Origin: Squalus acanthias
Lineage: Eukaryota
DNA length: 64,000 nt
Direction of reading: 5' to 3'
Assembly: GCA_030390025.1 (NCBI GenBank)
Contig: CM059453.1
Span: 7,750,001-7,814,000, forward strand
A program made the position numbers and the translations under genes. The notes under the pieces are model-generated. The model worked only from the letters and a program-made list of their open reading frames with translations. It was not told where the DNA came from and did no database searches. Positions 47,043 through 62,000 of the stretch are shown piece by piece. Numbering within the stretch: position 1 is the first letter of the stretch; each line of letters starts with the position of its first letter.

Positions 47043-50000
47043 GTAAAATATTCATTTTATTAATTAATGACAGAAGCGATTTTCATTGTGTGGGAAATCA
47101 ACACGTTCATTGTTTGTGGAGATAGTACATGTTTAGTTGGTAATTTACAAATTCCCGATTTACCCATTTAATGTATATTTCATTGGAAACTTTATCTTGT
47201 TTTTTATAAGATTGATTTAATATTTACTCTTTGATTTATCGACTTTCAATTGAATAACTAATGGCATCTGTAAAGTTTTAATGAAACTTTCACCAGTTTT
47301 AATGGATGTAATAATGAATATGTTAGTGGATGTTTAAAGGTTAAATGAATAGTATTTAACTTGACGGTCAAGGTATGTTTTAATTGCGATATTATTGCGG
47401 ATTTCAATGGGTGTTTAATTTCTGTTTTTTCACCAGTTGTCCATAGTTCACGATGGTCTGTGAAGGTGCCGTGGAATGTGTCGGCGGTGAGCGGGTCATG
47501 TGCTGAGATCCCGTGTACATTTGATTATCCCGCCTATGGCCGCAGTCCACGGGGGACGTGGTTAAAGGGGGGTCCTGATCCTGGAACCTCAGGGTTGTTG
47601 ATTATCTGTGATTCCCGGAATTCAGACAAAGTGCCCTTGAACTATAGAGGGCGAGCTCAGTTCACTGGCGACTTTGAAAAGAAACAATGTTCCTTCCGGT
47701 TAAAGGACATCAGGAAGATCGATGAAGGTGTTTATTATTTCATATTGAAGATCATCACCGCCCAGAATACTACAGGAGAATATTCTAACGAAACTAAGGT
47801 CACTCTTTCTATTTTAGGTAAGTTTTTTCATTTGTTCCTTTTGTAGTTTATATTCCATCTCCCCAGTGCCATTTAATTTTTAGCCTAAAATGGATAGTTG
47901 TCGTGTTACTCTTGGCCCATAGCACAGGCTGCAGCGGCAGGACTGGTCCATTGTGTAATACACAGGTGTGTGTTATGTTTTGACTTTAACTGAAATAAGG
48001 CGCTGCCCTTCTTAGTAACTTACAGAAGCACCCTCTGTTGATCAGTCAGTAAGTGCAATGCTAGATGATATTGCCATCGAAGTATCCCCCAACCATCAAC
48101 ATCCTGGGGGTCACCATTGACCAGAAACATAATTGGGCCAGCCATATAAATAATGTGGCGACAAGAGCAGGTCAGAGGCTAGGTATTCTGCGGCGAGTGT
48201 CTCAACTCTGACTCGGCAAATCCTTTCCACCATCAACAAGGCACAAGTAAGGAGTGTGATGGAATACCCTCCACTTGCCTGGATGAGTGCAGCTCCAACA
48301 ACACTCAAGAAGCTTGACACCATCCAGGACAAAACAGCCCGCTTGATTGGCACCCCATCCACCACCTTAAACATTCACTCCCTCCACCACCGGCGTACCG
48401 TGGCTGCAGTGTGCACCATCTACAAGATGCACTGCAGCAACTCGCCAAGGCTTATTCGGCAGCACCTCCCAAACCCGCAACCTCTACCATCTAGAAGGAC
48501 AAGGGCAGCAGGCGCATGGGAACACCACCACTTCCAAGTTCCCCTCCAAGTCACACACCATCCTGACTTAGAAATATATCGCCGAACTTTCATCGTCGCT
48601 GGGTCAAAATCATAGATCTCCCTCCCGAACAGCACTATGGGAGTACCATCAGCACACGGAATGCAGCGGTTCAAGAAGGTGGCTCACCACCACCTTCTCA
48701 AGGGCAATTAGGGATGGGCAATAAATGCTGGCCTTGTCAGCGACGCTCACATTCCATGAATCAATAAAAGTAAAGTGTGTCAAAATCCAATCCCTCAAGG
48801 ATGTGGAAAAATAAATCAAGATTTGTACTTCTAATGGACAGGTCAGAGGACATGGTCAATACTTAGGAGGGATTTCTTCCATCAGATCATTTACAGGCCC
48901 CCATATCATAGGGTCATTTTGCAAAGTCTTTCGGCTCAATCAACTTGCACACCACTGGCCATTTTGAAAATAAAATCTACGGTAACGCGAATGTCCTTCT
49001 CTCCTTTCAGATAAACCATGGACATCAGTCTCGGAGGAATTCATTGCAGGAAAGCCAGCACACCTGACCTGCTCAGTCACCCATAGTTGCCCGTCCGCCA
49101 ACCTTGAATTGATATGGACCCACGACAATGTTGTACCTCCATTTCTGCCAGAGATTAAAACTTCACAAGTACATGATAACGCTTTCGAGGGTTCCCAGAA
49201 GGTTTCATCCACTTTCAGCTTCAGCCCATCACTGGAACATCATGGGAAGAAGCTGGGATGTAAATTTAAAGTCGACGGTGTCACAGCTACTGTTGAAGAA
49301 ACTCTTATACTGGATGTTAAATGTAAGTGCCTGCTCTAAGCTACAGTCTACCAACTTGTTGATGAACCGGTTCTATAGATGTCTGTATGCTAAATATAGT
49401 GATAGCTCGCCTGGATAATCGAAGCTTCTTTTAAGTCACATTATTTTAATTTGCCTCAGACCCATGGAGTAAATTGGTCACTCCAGGGGTGTGGTTTATA
49501 TGAAATATCATTGCAAAGGCTTCCAATGCCTGATTTTTTGCAGCCACAGAGTAACTGAAACATACAGGCCAAGGAGAGTCCATTCATGGTCTGAGCTAAC
49601 TCACATACATACATCGGACATACGGCATAGAAACAGGTCATTGGGATCAAACAGTCCATGCCGGCTTTAATGCTCCACTCGAGCCTCCTCCCGTCTTTCC
49701 TCATCTAAATCTATCAGCCTAACCCGCTGTTCCCTTCTCCCTCATATGCTTGTTCAGCCTCACCTTAAATGCATCTCTACTATTCGCTTCAACCACTCCC
49801 TGTGGTAGCGAGTTCCACATTCTAATCATCTCTGGGTAAAGAAGTTTCTTCTGAATTCCCTATTGGATTTCTTGCTGACTATCTTATATTGATGGCTTGT
49901 AGTTATGCTCCTCCCCACAAGTGGAAACATTCTCTCTGTATCCGCTCTTTGAAAGCCTTTCATGATTTTAAAGACCTCTGTTTGTTTATCCCACAGCCTT

Positions 50001-53000
50001 CTTTTTTCAAGACAAAATAGACCCAGCCTGTTCATCCTTTCCTGATATGTATACCCCCGCATTTCTGATATCATTGTTGTAAATCTTCTCTGCACCCTCC
50101 CCAGTGCCTCTATATCCTTTTTATAATACGGCGACCAGAACTGTACGCAGTTCTCTAAGTCTTGTGTAACCAAGGTTCGATACAGATTTAGCATATATCC
50201 CTACTTATCAATTCTATCCGTCTCGGAATAAACCCTAGTGCTTGGTTTGCTTTCGATATAAACTTGCTGACCTGTGGCGCAATTTAAATGGGGCGGTAGT
50301 CAGGATTCTACAATTTCCCTCAGCAACCATGTGTGAGAGATGGGAAAGTCCACCCTACTTGTTCTGGGAAAAATGGGCACTTGGTTGATGTACCGGAGGA
50401 ATAGAACCTTACGCGGGAAAACATACAACTCTTCAAATCCTTGATGATAAGAGGGGAAAGAATGCTTATTTTTGAAAGAAGCTTAAGATCTAGTGCCTAA
50501 AAGTCATGAACTGCATTTTGAATTTATAGTTTACAAGAAAACCACCATAGCTTACTTTAATATTCTTCTTTAGTTGTCACATATATTGTTTATTTTCCTC
50601 ATCCACACTGACAACCACATTTAGAACCAATGGCATCATCCCTTCCATATGGCCCACAAAAACCAGCCATCAATTCCTCTATAGCGGCAGTGGAAGGGAG
50701 CTCTTCGTTATTATGCTGCACGGCCCGGGGGACCATACCGGGCAACTTAACGTTGTTCCGAAATGGTGAAGAGATCAGCAGGTCTTCCACCGGTGAACTG
50801 AATTATATAATTCGATAAATTAGTTCTGAAAATAATGGTGAATATTGGTGCGTGGCTGACAATAACTTGGGCAAAGCGAACAGCTCCACACAGATTTATG
50901 TACAATGTAAGTGCTGGGTAAACCTTTCAAATGTATATTGGGACATCAACCCTTCTGACAGTGATTAGGAATCGGTGTTTTCCCCCAGTGCTCATACAAC
51001 TGTCTCAAAATCCGTCAGTAATATTGCTAGAAAAGACAGTAAAAGAAGTAGAGTTGAACCAAATTCATTGAGTAAAATACACTTTTAAAAACCAACTGAG
51101 ACCCCGATACACAACTCCAGGTAGAATGTATCTCTGATTTGCTAAAACCAACTGAATGAATATGTGGGATGTGCAAAGGCAACATTTCTGTACGGCGGAC
51201 TGAACCCAGCGGCACTGAATTGTAGAAACATTTTAGTCCGTCACAAAGGTAGACATTTATAGCATTAAATAAAGACACAAACTGAACAGAAGTTATTGAG
51301 GTGTTTACCAGAATTCACATGTTGGAGGAGTTAGCCGGGTTTATTTACAAGATTGTAACTTGCGAATCCACACAACATAAGACTATAGGAACATAGGAAT
51401 TCGCATCAGGTGTTGGCAATTCGGCTCCTCGAGTCTGCTCCGCCATTCAATGAGATCATGGCTGATCTTCGACCAAAACTCCACTTTCCGTCCTATCTCC
51501 ATATCCCTTGATTCCCCAAGAGTCCGGAACTCTATCTATCTCATCGTTGAATATGCTCAATGACTCATCATCCACAACCCTTTGGTGTAGAGAATTTGAA
51601 GATTCAAAACCCTCTGAGTGAAGAAATTCCTCCTTATCTCAGTCTCAAATGGCCGTCCCCTTATCCTGAAACGATGCCCCCTAGTTTTAAGCTCTCCGGA
51701 CAGGGGAAACAATCTTTCAGCATCTACCCTGTCAATCCCCCTCAGAATATCATGTTTCCATGAGTTCATCTCTCATTCTTCTAAACTCCAGCCAGCATAG
51801 GCCTAATCTACTCAATCTCACCTCAAAGGACAGCCATCTGATCACACATGTTATCCCAGGAAATATATGGATCAATTGACTGCTTGATGCAATGTTGTAC
51901 CTGATTAATTGCCTTGCTAGAAACTAGGGAAAGGACGTCTGATTAAGCATTAAATGAAAGTAACATTGAATGGTTCTAATCAAACTCGTTATGTGCAGTG
52001 ACCTCTCTTCTTAATCTAAACGCCGAATTTGGATCTATTTGGACAATGCAAACTGCTGCATGGAAACTATCTCAATTTGACTTCACTTACCTTTTAGATA
52101 AACCCACAATAGTATCAGGCCCGACCTGCATCAGTTCTGAGAGTGGGATTCATTGTACCTGCAGTGTCAGAGCCAACCCCCCAGCAAACATCACCTGGGG
52201 CATCAATGGGAGAAACATCACTGCGAACAGTTCAGATATCAATATCCCCTCCTCGGAGTTGAATAGTCATCTGGTGCAGAGCTCCCTCACACTGACTCAC
52301 CCAAATGGAACTGGACACCTGATCTGTTTTGGAGTAAACGAGCATGGCATTACTGTCGGAAAATACCAGCTCCAATCTGAAGGTATATATTACATTTTGT
52401 TGTAAAATAAGTACTGCGGACGGCTTGGTCCATCACCTGTCAGTGACTAACTGAACGGTGTTAATGTCAGCAAATAACAGTTCCATTCGATATCTGCATG
52501 CCAAATCCAATGGCAATTTAAGGCTGAATTCATGGATATTTTAAGTAGTGTATGGTCTGGCCAACAACTCATTGAATGTTGCGATGGGAATAATGAATGC
52601 ATTTTTAAATGTGTCTCTCATTTCTGGGTTTGTTTATTTTCGAATTAGGAGCAGGAGTAGGCCACACGGCCCCTCGAGCCTGTTCTGCCATTCATTAAAA
52701 TGATGGCAGTTCTGATTACTCCACATTCCCTGCTAACCCCGATAGCCTTTCACCCCCTTGCTAATCAATAATCTATCTACCACTGCCTTAAAAATATTCA
52801 AAGACTCTGCTTCCACCGCCCTCTGAGGAAGAGTTCCAAAGACTCACGACCCTCTCTGAGAAAAACATTCTCCTCATCTCAGTCTTAAATGGGCGTCCCC
52901 TTATTTTTAAACAGTGACCCCTAGTTCTGGATTCTCCCACAAGAGGGAACATCCTCTCCACATCCACCCTGTCAAGACTCCTCAGGATTTTATTTGTTTC

Positions 53001-56000
53001 TTGTCGCCTTTTTTTTTGTCTCGAATGGAAAGGATTAACATTCAGAAATAGAAGCGGCCCGCAATCGTCAATAAAACAGAAACTTCGGAATTAATTAAAC
53101 TCTTTATTAAGTCAGGTTTCCTCTCACTCTTCCGGAAGCCGGCAGCAGTCTATCATTTAATTGAACTTGTAAAGTTTTAGTCTCGTTTTCTGAGGAAGGA
53201 TATACTAAGAGGCGGTGCAACGAAGATTCACTAGATTGATACATGGAATGAGAGACTTGACCTATGATGTGAGATTGAGCAGACTAGGCCTATACTCTCT
53301 GGAGTTTAGAAGAATGAGAGGTGATCTTAGTGAAGTATATAAGCTTCTGAGGGGATTGACAGGGTAAGAACATAAGAAATAAGAGCAGGAGAAGTCCATA
53401 CGGTCCCTCGAGCCTGCTCCGCCATTCAATAAGATCATGACTGATCATCGACCTCAACTCCACTTCATTGCCCGATCTCCAAATAGATGTGGAGCGGTTG
53501 TTTCCCCTGGTAGATGTGGAGAGGCTATTTCCCCTGGCTTCAGTGCCCAGAACTAGGGGGCATATTCTCAGGATAAGGCGTGGGCCATTTAAGACTGAGA
53601 TGAGGAGGAATTTCTTCAATCAGAGGGTTGTGAATCTTTGGAATGCTCTACCCCAGACGGTTGTGGATGCTGAGTCGTTGAGTATATTCAAGGCTGAGAT
53701 CGATAGATTTTTGGACTGCAGAGGAATTAAGGGATATGGGGATCGGGTGGGAAAGTGGAGCTGAGTTCGAAGATCAGCCATGATCTTATTGAATGGCGGA
53801 GCAGGTTGGAGGGGCCGTAGCCCCGACTCCTGCTCCTAATTCTTAAGTTGTTTTGTTCTTATGAACTTCGTTATTTTGAACATTTAGCTCAACTTTTTCA
53901 CCTCGCTCAATAAAACACATTTTAGAGCTATATCTGATTGCCCCTGGATTGTTGTCATGGAGATATTATGAGAAGATAACATGAGATAATCCTGAAAATT
54001 GAGCGAGAATATTTGAGATAATTGAAAGAGCAGAAACAAGATTGGTTTTAAGCATTGGATAGCAGGCGAACAGATCCGAGTGTGCAGCGAGGTTATAGGC
54101 AGACTGTCGGGGTTATACCTGGAAACATATATTTGGTCAGATCATTAATCACATGTTTTCAAGGTGGATGGTCCCATGAAATTCAAACATCGTATCGTTT
54201 GAAGAGGAGTCGCGGGTTCTTTAAGCCCCAATTTTGCAAAACAACTCAGTTAGAATCATCGAAATTTACGGCACAGAAGGAGACCATTCGGCTAATCGTG
54301 TCTGTGGCGGCCGAAAAATAACTATCCAGCCCAATCCCACTTTTCAGTTCTTGGTCCGTAGCTTTGCAGGTTACGGTGCTACAAGTGCATATCCAAGTAC
54401 TTTTTAAATGCAATTAGGATTTTTGCCTCTATCACTCTTTCAGGCAGTGAGTTCCATTCCCCCAGAACACTCTGGGTGAAATAGCTTCCACTCAAATCCC
54501 ATCTAATCCTTCTAAAAATTACTTTAAATCTATGCCCCTTGTTATTGACCTCTAACCTAAGGGAAATAGGTCCTTCCTTTCCACTCTATCTAGGCCCCTC
54601 ATCATTTTATACACCAAAAATTTGCATCAAATGAATCAACATGCATTACCAATGCTGAGATGTGTACCGGGTATGGTTTATTTACATTTTCTTATTTTGA
54701 TTTCTTATAACTTCAACATAGGGGAGGTACCAGAGGACTGGAGGACAGCTAACGTAGTATCATTATTCAAGAAGGATAGTAGGGATAAACCAGGGAATTT
54801 ACAGGCCAGTGAGCCTAACATCAGTGGTAGGGAAATTATTCGAAAAAATTCTAAGGGACAAAATTATTCTCCACTTGGAGAGGCAAGGATTAATGAAAGA
54901 TAGTCAGCATGGCTTTGTCAGGCGGTGATCATGTCTAACCAATTTGATTGCATTTTTCGAGGGGATGACTTGGTGTGTGGCTAAGGGTATTTCAGTTGAT
55001 GTAGACTACATGGACTTCAGTAAGGCTTTTGACAAACTCCAGCATGGGAGACTGGTCAAGAATGTAAGAGCCCATGGGATCCAGGGCAATTTAGCACATT
55101 GGATCCAAAATTGTCTTAGTGGCAGTAGGCAGATTGTGATGGTCGAAGGTTGTTTTTGTGACTGGAAACTTGTGTGCAGTGGTATACCGCAGGGATCGGT
55201 GCTGGGTCCCTTGCTGTTTGTAGTTTACATTAATGAATTTGAAATGAATTTAGGAGGTATGATCAGTAAGTTCGCAGATGACACGAACATTGCTGGTGTG
55301 GTAAATAGCGAGGAGGGAAGCCTCAGGCTACAGGACGATGTAGACGAGTTGGTCAGATGGATAGAATACTGGCAAATGGAATTTAAACCTGAAACGTGCG
55401 AGGTGATGTATTTTGGGAGGACTAACAAGGCAAAATAATAAATAATGAAAGGTAGCACCCTAGGAAGGACAGAGGATCAGAGGGACCTTGGTGTGCTTGC
55501 ACATAGATCCCTGCAAGCAGCAGGACAGTTAGATAAGGTGGTTAAGAATGCATGTGGGATACTTGCCTTCATTAGCCGAGCCATAGAATATAAGAGCAGG
55601 GACGTTATGATGGAGCTGTACAAAACGTTTGTTAGGCCACAGCTGCAATATTGTGTGCAGTTCTGTTCCCCTCACTATAGGAAGGATGTGATTGCATTCG
55701 AGAGGGTGCAGAGGAGATTCACCAGAATGTTACCTGGGCTGGAGCGTTTCAGCTATGGAGAGACTGGACAGGTTGGGGTTGTTGTCCTTAGAGCAGTGAA
55801 GGCTGAAGGCGGACCTAATTGAAGTGTCCAAAATTAAGAGGGGCATAGATAGCGCAGATAGAAAGTAACTTTTTCCCTTAGTAGAGAGGTCACTAACCAG
55901 GGGGCATAGTTTCAAGGTAAGGGGCAGGAGGATTAGAGGGGATTTGAGGAAAAACTTTTTCACCCAGGGGGTGTTTGGAACCTGGAACTCACTGCCCGAA

Positions 56001-59000
56001 AGGGTGGTAGAGGCAGGAACCCTCACAACATTCAAGAAGCATTTAGATGAGCACTTGAAACGCCATAGTATACAAGGCTAAGGGCCAAGTGCTGGAAAAT
56101 GGGATTAGAATAGGCAGGGCTTGATGGCCGGCGCGGACACGATGGGCCGAAGGGCCTCTTTCCGTGCTGTATAACTCTATGACTTTATGACTATGACTCT
56201 ATATAGGACAGCAATCATAAGACAATTAGTTCAAATTTACACAGGGGACAAAACCATTGCTGAAATGCAGTGTCAGTCTGTGGAAGGAAAAATCATTTCA
56301 AATGATGCCCTCTCTGTGTTCAGTGAACATTGCCCATTAAATGAATAAAATATAACAAGGATTTGCAGGGAGATTAGATGTGGGGTCATTTCCAAGTCAT
56401 CCATCTTATGATTGCCGGTTCAGAGTCCTGTCTGTTTAGGAATAGATAGAAATACTGAACTCTTACGTTTAAGTAGAGAATTTCTAGAAAACGTGCCTGC
56501 ACAAACTGATAAAAGTTATCCTAAAACCATGATGTAATCTTCGAGCAATAATAAACAGCAAAGTCTTTTTGAATATTTTAGGAACATTTCCCGGGGAAAT
56601 TGTCATCCCAGTACTAGCAGCCGCCGGAGTTATACTGCTGATCCTGATCGTGGTGATGGTGCGCAGGTATGTGTGGTTCATAATTACTTAAACTATTGTG
56701 TCAATCACAGATTTGATAGGGGCCATGACATCAGGATATCTGCCTGTGAGAAACTATTGTTTCAAATAATTAACCCATGAGAGTATTGACCCTGAAACTC
56801 AGCTAAGATTTGTAAAGGGGGGTATTCGAGAGGTCAAGTGCTTCTGTGCCGCAAGTAGGGAAGTGTTAAAGGCTCATCTGCCCCTGGTCGCTCTATGGCC
56901 AGTCTATCGCTGGTCTATCGCCGGCCTATCGCTTCTCCCAGCACCAGTAACACCAGAATAATGGTTGTCTAGCCTTTGCCCCGTAGCTTAAGCTTCCATG
57001 TCCAACGCTTTTGCGTTCAAGTATCAAAACAAAACATGAGCACCACATCTAGTCCGACATTGTGGTGGAGTGCGGCATTGTTGGAGATGCCGTCTTTCAT
57101 ACCAGACATTAAATCAGAAACACCATCTGCCTGCTCAAGTGGATATGAAAGATCCCATGATAATATTGGTTGGAGAGCAGTGAAGTTCTCCCTGTGTCAC
57201 GGCAAACATATATCCCCCAATCACTCCAGAAAAGATGCTTAACTCTTCATTTGGTTTATTGTTGTTTATGGGATATTGCTGTGCTCAAAATGGCTTCCAT
57301 GTTTGTCTATAAAACTAGATTCAAGTAATAATTAATTGGCTGTGGAATGCTTTGGGAAGATCCTGAGGTAAAGGCACTATATAATTGAAAGTTTATTATC
57401 CTGGATTTGTCCTTTAACAGCCAACCAACAACTTGCATTCCTATAACATCTTGTAGGAACAGGTGCAAGGGCTTCACAAGGGAGCATAACTCGAACACGA
57501 ATTTAAACAAGCTGATGTAATGAACAGTGATTAAAGTCTTGGTCAGAGACTTGGGGTTTAAGGTGGGTGTAAATGGAGAAGATGGATGTGGAGTCGCGGT
57601 GGAGTCCAAGGAGATGTTTCCAGAGTGTGTGGGCTGAGTGATGGAAGTCACGGCCGCCAATGGAGGGTGATCATAAGAAGCAAAAAGAGGCTGGAATTAC
57701 AACATCGGAGATTTGGAACCGGTGCCGATTGTTGTAGGACCAGAGGCCGTTACAGAGGCAGTGTGGGGGCCATTGATAGTTTTATAAAAATATTAATCTC
57801 TTCAATGGTAAGAAAGTAAAGAAATAAAGGCTTGCATTTAAATAGCGCCTTTTACTACCTCAGCACGTCTCAAAGCGCTTTATAGCCAATGAAGTCATTT
57901 TGAAGTGTAGTCACTGTTGTAATGTAGGAAACGCGGCCGTCAATCCGCGCACAGCAAGCTCCCACAAACAGCAATGTGATAATGACCAGATAATCTGTTG
58001 ATTGAGGGATAAATATTGGACAAACCACTCCCGTAGAACTCCCCTGCTCTTCCTCGAAATAGTGCCATTGGATCTTTTACGTCTGCCCGAGAAAGCATAT
58101 GTAACCTCGGTCGAAAGTCTCATTCGAAAGACGGCACATCCGACAGTGCAGCGCTCCCTCAGTACTGCAGTGGAGGGTCAGCCTGGATTATAGCGCTCAA
58201 TTCCCTGGAGTGGGACTTTGAACCCACAAACTACTTCACTGAGAGGCGAGAGTGCTATCCACTGATCCACGGCTGAAAAGCTACCAGCGGGTAGCTGTTA
58301 GCAGGAACTCAGTATATGTTTATGTTAGTTGTTAGGGTTTAATAGAAAAACAGCGGTATTTGGAGAAACGTGTTATTCTTATCTTTCACTCTTTCTTCTG
58401 AAGCTGTTTAGTTTCACTATGTTTCTTCCAAGGATACTGTCAGAATTTCTTAATTGAAGAAAGGTAGGTTGTTGAATACCATCAACAAAGTAACTGGAAG
58501 CAAGTGAATTTAAATAAATCGACAATTAAAAAGAAGCAGCTAATTTAAATATATGTTAAATAATCACAGAAGATGTTTGTGTTTGGAAAGCCAGATTAGG
58601 GAATTGTTGAGGTTCAGTGGGACCTGGGTGTCCTTGTACACGGATCAATTAAAGTTAACATGCAGGTATAGCAAGCAAATGGTATGTTGATCTTTATTAC
58701 AAGAGGATTTGAGTATAAGATAAAAGACGTATTACAGCAAATATATCGGGCCCTGGTGAGACCACACGTGGAGTATTTTGTACAGTTTTGTAATCCTTAC
58801 CTAAGGAAGGATATACTTGCCATGGAGGGAGTGCAACGAAGGTTCACCAGACTGGTTCCTGGGTTGGGGGGATTGTCCAATGAGGAGAGATTGAGTAGAC
58901 TAGGTCAATATTCTCTAGAGTTCAGAAGAATGAGAGTTGATCACTTTGAAACATAGAAAATTCTTACAGGGCTTGACAGGGTAGATGCAGAGAGGTTGTT

Positions 59001-62000
59001 TGCCCTGGCTGGGGAGTCTAGAACCAGGGGTCACAATCTCAGAATAAGAGGTCGGCCATTTAGGACTGAGATGAGGAGAAATTTCTTCACTCAGAGGGTG
59101 ATGAATCTTTGGAATTCTGTACCCCACAGGGCTAGGGAGGCTCAGTCGTTGAATATATTTAAGACAGAGATCGATAGATTTTTTGGATACTAAGGGAATC
59201 AAGGGATATGGGGATAGTGCATGAAAGTGGAGATGAGTTAGAAGATCAGCCATGATCTTATTGAATGGCGGAGCAGGCTCGAGGGGCCGAAAGGCCGACT
59301 CCTGCTCCTATTTCTTATGTTCTTATGTTCTCTTTCCTCAGGCCCATGCCTGATAACAACCTCAGACTGGGCAGCAAGTGTATCTCAGTGAAGTCCAACA
59401 GTCCTGTTTGAGTGAAGCTGGTTTTATAACTGCAATTTTCCATAACAGAATCAGAAAAAAACAATAACAAGCTAAATTTGAAGACAAATTGATTCGTTTT
59501 AGTCACAGGAATAAGAAAACAGAATCCATCTTTTCAAACTGATTCAAAAAGGAAATTCCTTTCTCTCGCAGTTGATAACTCCAATGGACTGGAATTAGAC
59601 TATTTAATATGAGGAATGAATGTGTTACCGCACTTTCACAAAGTCCTGTCTGTAATTATAAAATTTAGGTCGGATTTTGCATTAAACCCTTCCGTCTGCT
59701 TTTTAGACAGTTTTTCAAGACAATGTGTGCAAATCGTGTCTGTTGAACAAGGCGTGAAACACTTGTCTGCTACTTAATAGGCTGTTAAGACAATGTGTGA
59801 AACTCATGCATGCCGTTCACGCACAGTCTTAACAACCAACAAAACTCCCCCGTCTGATACTTACTCGGTGTGCACGTACTTTACGAAACTACTCTATTTG
59901 CTCTTTAAACAGTATTAACTTAATGTGCGTAATTCCTGATATGTTTAACTTCGCATTTCTGGTATCATCCTTGCAGATCTCCTCTGGACCCTCTCCAGTG
60001 CCTCTATATTCTTTTTATAATATTTTGCCCAGAACTGTACGCAATACTCCAAGTGTTGTCTAACCAAGGTTCGATACAGATTTAGCATAACTTCCCTACT
60101 TTTCAATTATATACCTCTAGAAATAAACCCTAGTGCTTGGTTTGCATTTGTAATGGGCTTGGTAAACTATGGCGCAACTTTCAGTGATTTGTGTATTTGT
60201 AATCCGAGATCCCTTTGTTCCTCCACCCCACATAGACTCGCACCCTCCAATTGATAAAGTGACCTCCCTATTCGTCCTACCAAAATGTAATACCTCACAT
60301 TTATCTGTGTTGAACTTCATTTGCCAAATATTTGCCCATTCTGCGATTTTATTAATGTCCTCCTCTAATTTGTTGCAGTCCTCCTCAGTATTTACTATCC
60401 CACCAATTTGGTATCATCCTCAACTTTAGAAGTTGTTTGTGATTCTAAAATCCAAATCGTTAATATAAATTGTGAGCAGTCTTGGTCCCAGCACTGATCC
60501 TTGTGGAACACCACTACCCACCTTCTGCCACTGTGAATGTAGTATGCAGCCGTGGTTCAAAACACGAGCACTGTACGATTTATTGAATTTAATTTTAATC
60601 GCTTGTGAGATGTGCCTTATTTTTAATTTTTAACACTCAGGAGGAAGACAAGAGGTACCACTGGTGTCCTCTTAACCAACAACGATTCGGTGAGTTACTT
60701 TGTGCTGTAGACCCCGTTTAACACGGAGGTAAGTGAGTGCATGGCAACTGCCCAACATTCGATGGAGTTACCCCTGTCTGATATTGGCACTGTTTGTAAC
60801 CACAGTGAGTAACATTAACCATGCAGTTCAACGGGTCAACAGGTGTTCTGGAAAATTGTTTGACTGAGTTTTTAAGGGGTGGAATGAACATCTTACACTA
60901 CTAACAGAAAGTGATGTGCTGGTCATGTCCTGGTCAATGCATCGTGCATTTTCTCTGTAGTGGATTTCTATTGAATTCAAAGTGGGTCTAAGGGTATCGA
61001 TTGACCGTGTCACGACATATATTAATCAGAGTAATATTTACACTCACATCACCCATGGCAGTACATCCGGTGCTTTAAATTATCTACAAGATCACATAGT
61101 AAGAGGGGTTTGAGAGGGTGAAATAGAATGGTATTTCTCTGGGATTATCTACATTGTCCTAACTGGTTTTTATGGCGCTATTTTACCGCGGGGCGGCAAC
61201 AATCCGTGCGCGGGTCCTGGGTGAGCAATAGGCTCGCATGGGACAGGTTTTAAATCCGTGGTCTTAATTTAATGTCCAGCCCCGACTCCCACCCGAACCC
61301 GACTGCAATCATTGGCTATAATAAAGCTGAAAATGCAGGAAATAATCAGCAAGTCGGCAGCATCTGTGGAGAGAGAAACAGATGTAAAGTTTCAGGTCGA
61401 TGACCTTTCATCAGAACTGGAAAAAAGTTGAAGATGTAACCGGTTTTAAGTAAGGCAGATAAAGGGGGGAGGAGAGGAAACGATAAAAGTGAAGGTCTGT
61501 GATAGGGTGGACGGCAGGAGAGCTTAAATGAAAAAAAGAGATGAAGGTGCGAGGCAAAAGGAGATAGTAATGGGACAAGTAAATGAACATAAGTTGGGCC
61601 AAGAGAAGGTGTAAATGGCAACAGCAGAACCATTGCCAAAAACTGCTGTCCGAAACAATGGGGGCAGTGGTGATGATCTGAAATTGTTATACTCGGTGTT
61701 GTGTCCAGAAGGCTGTAAAGTGCCTATTCGAAAGATGAGGTGCTGCTCCTCGAGTTTCCATTGAGTTTCATTGGAACAGTGTATGAGGCTGAGGACAGAA
61801 AGTTCAGGGTGGGAGTGGAGCAGAGAATTATACTCAGGCTCTCCCCCACAACTGCCCCCAGCAGTCGGGTAATGTTGAGCAGTGGGGAATACTATTGGCG
61901 CGGCGTTACTCAGGGCCAGGAGACGCCCAATGTTTCCTTTTAGGGACAGAAGGAGCTCAATAGGACAATTAGAACGGTGGCAGAGATGGAATAAAGCGGG

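Noticed and set aside
56892-56932. Short 11-bp tandem repeat (ctatcgcyggy-like)
   Set aside because: About four degenerate intronic units with no evidence of function.
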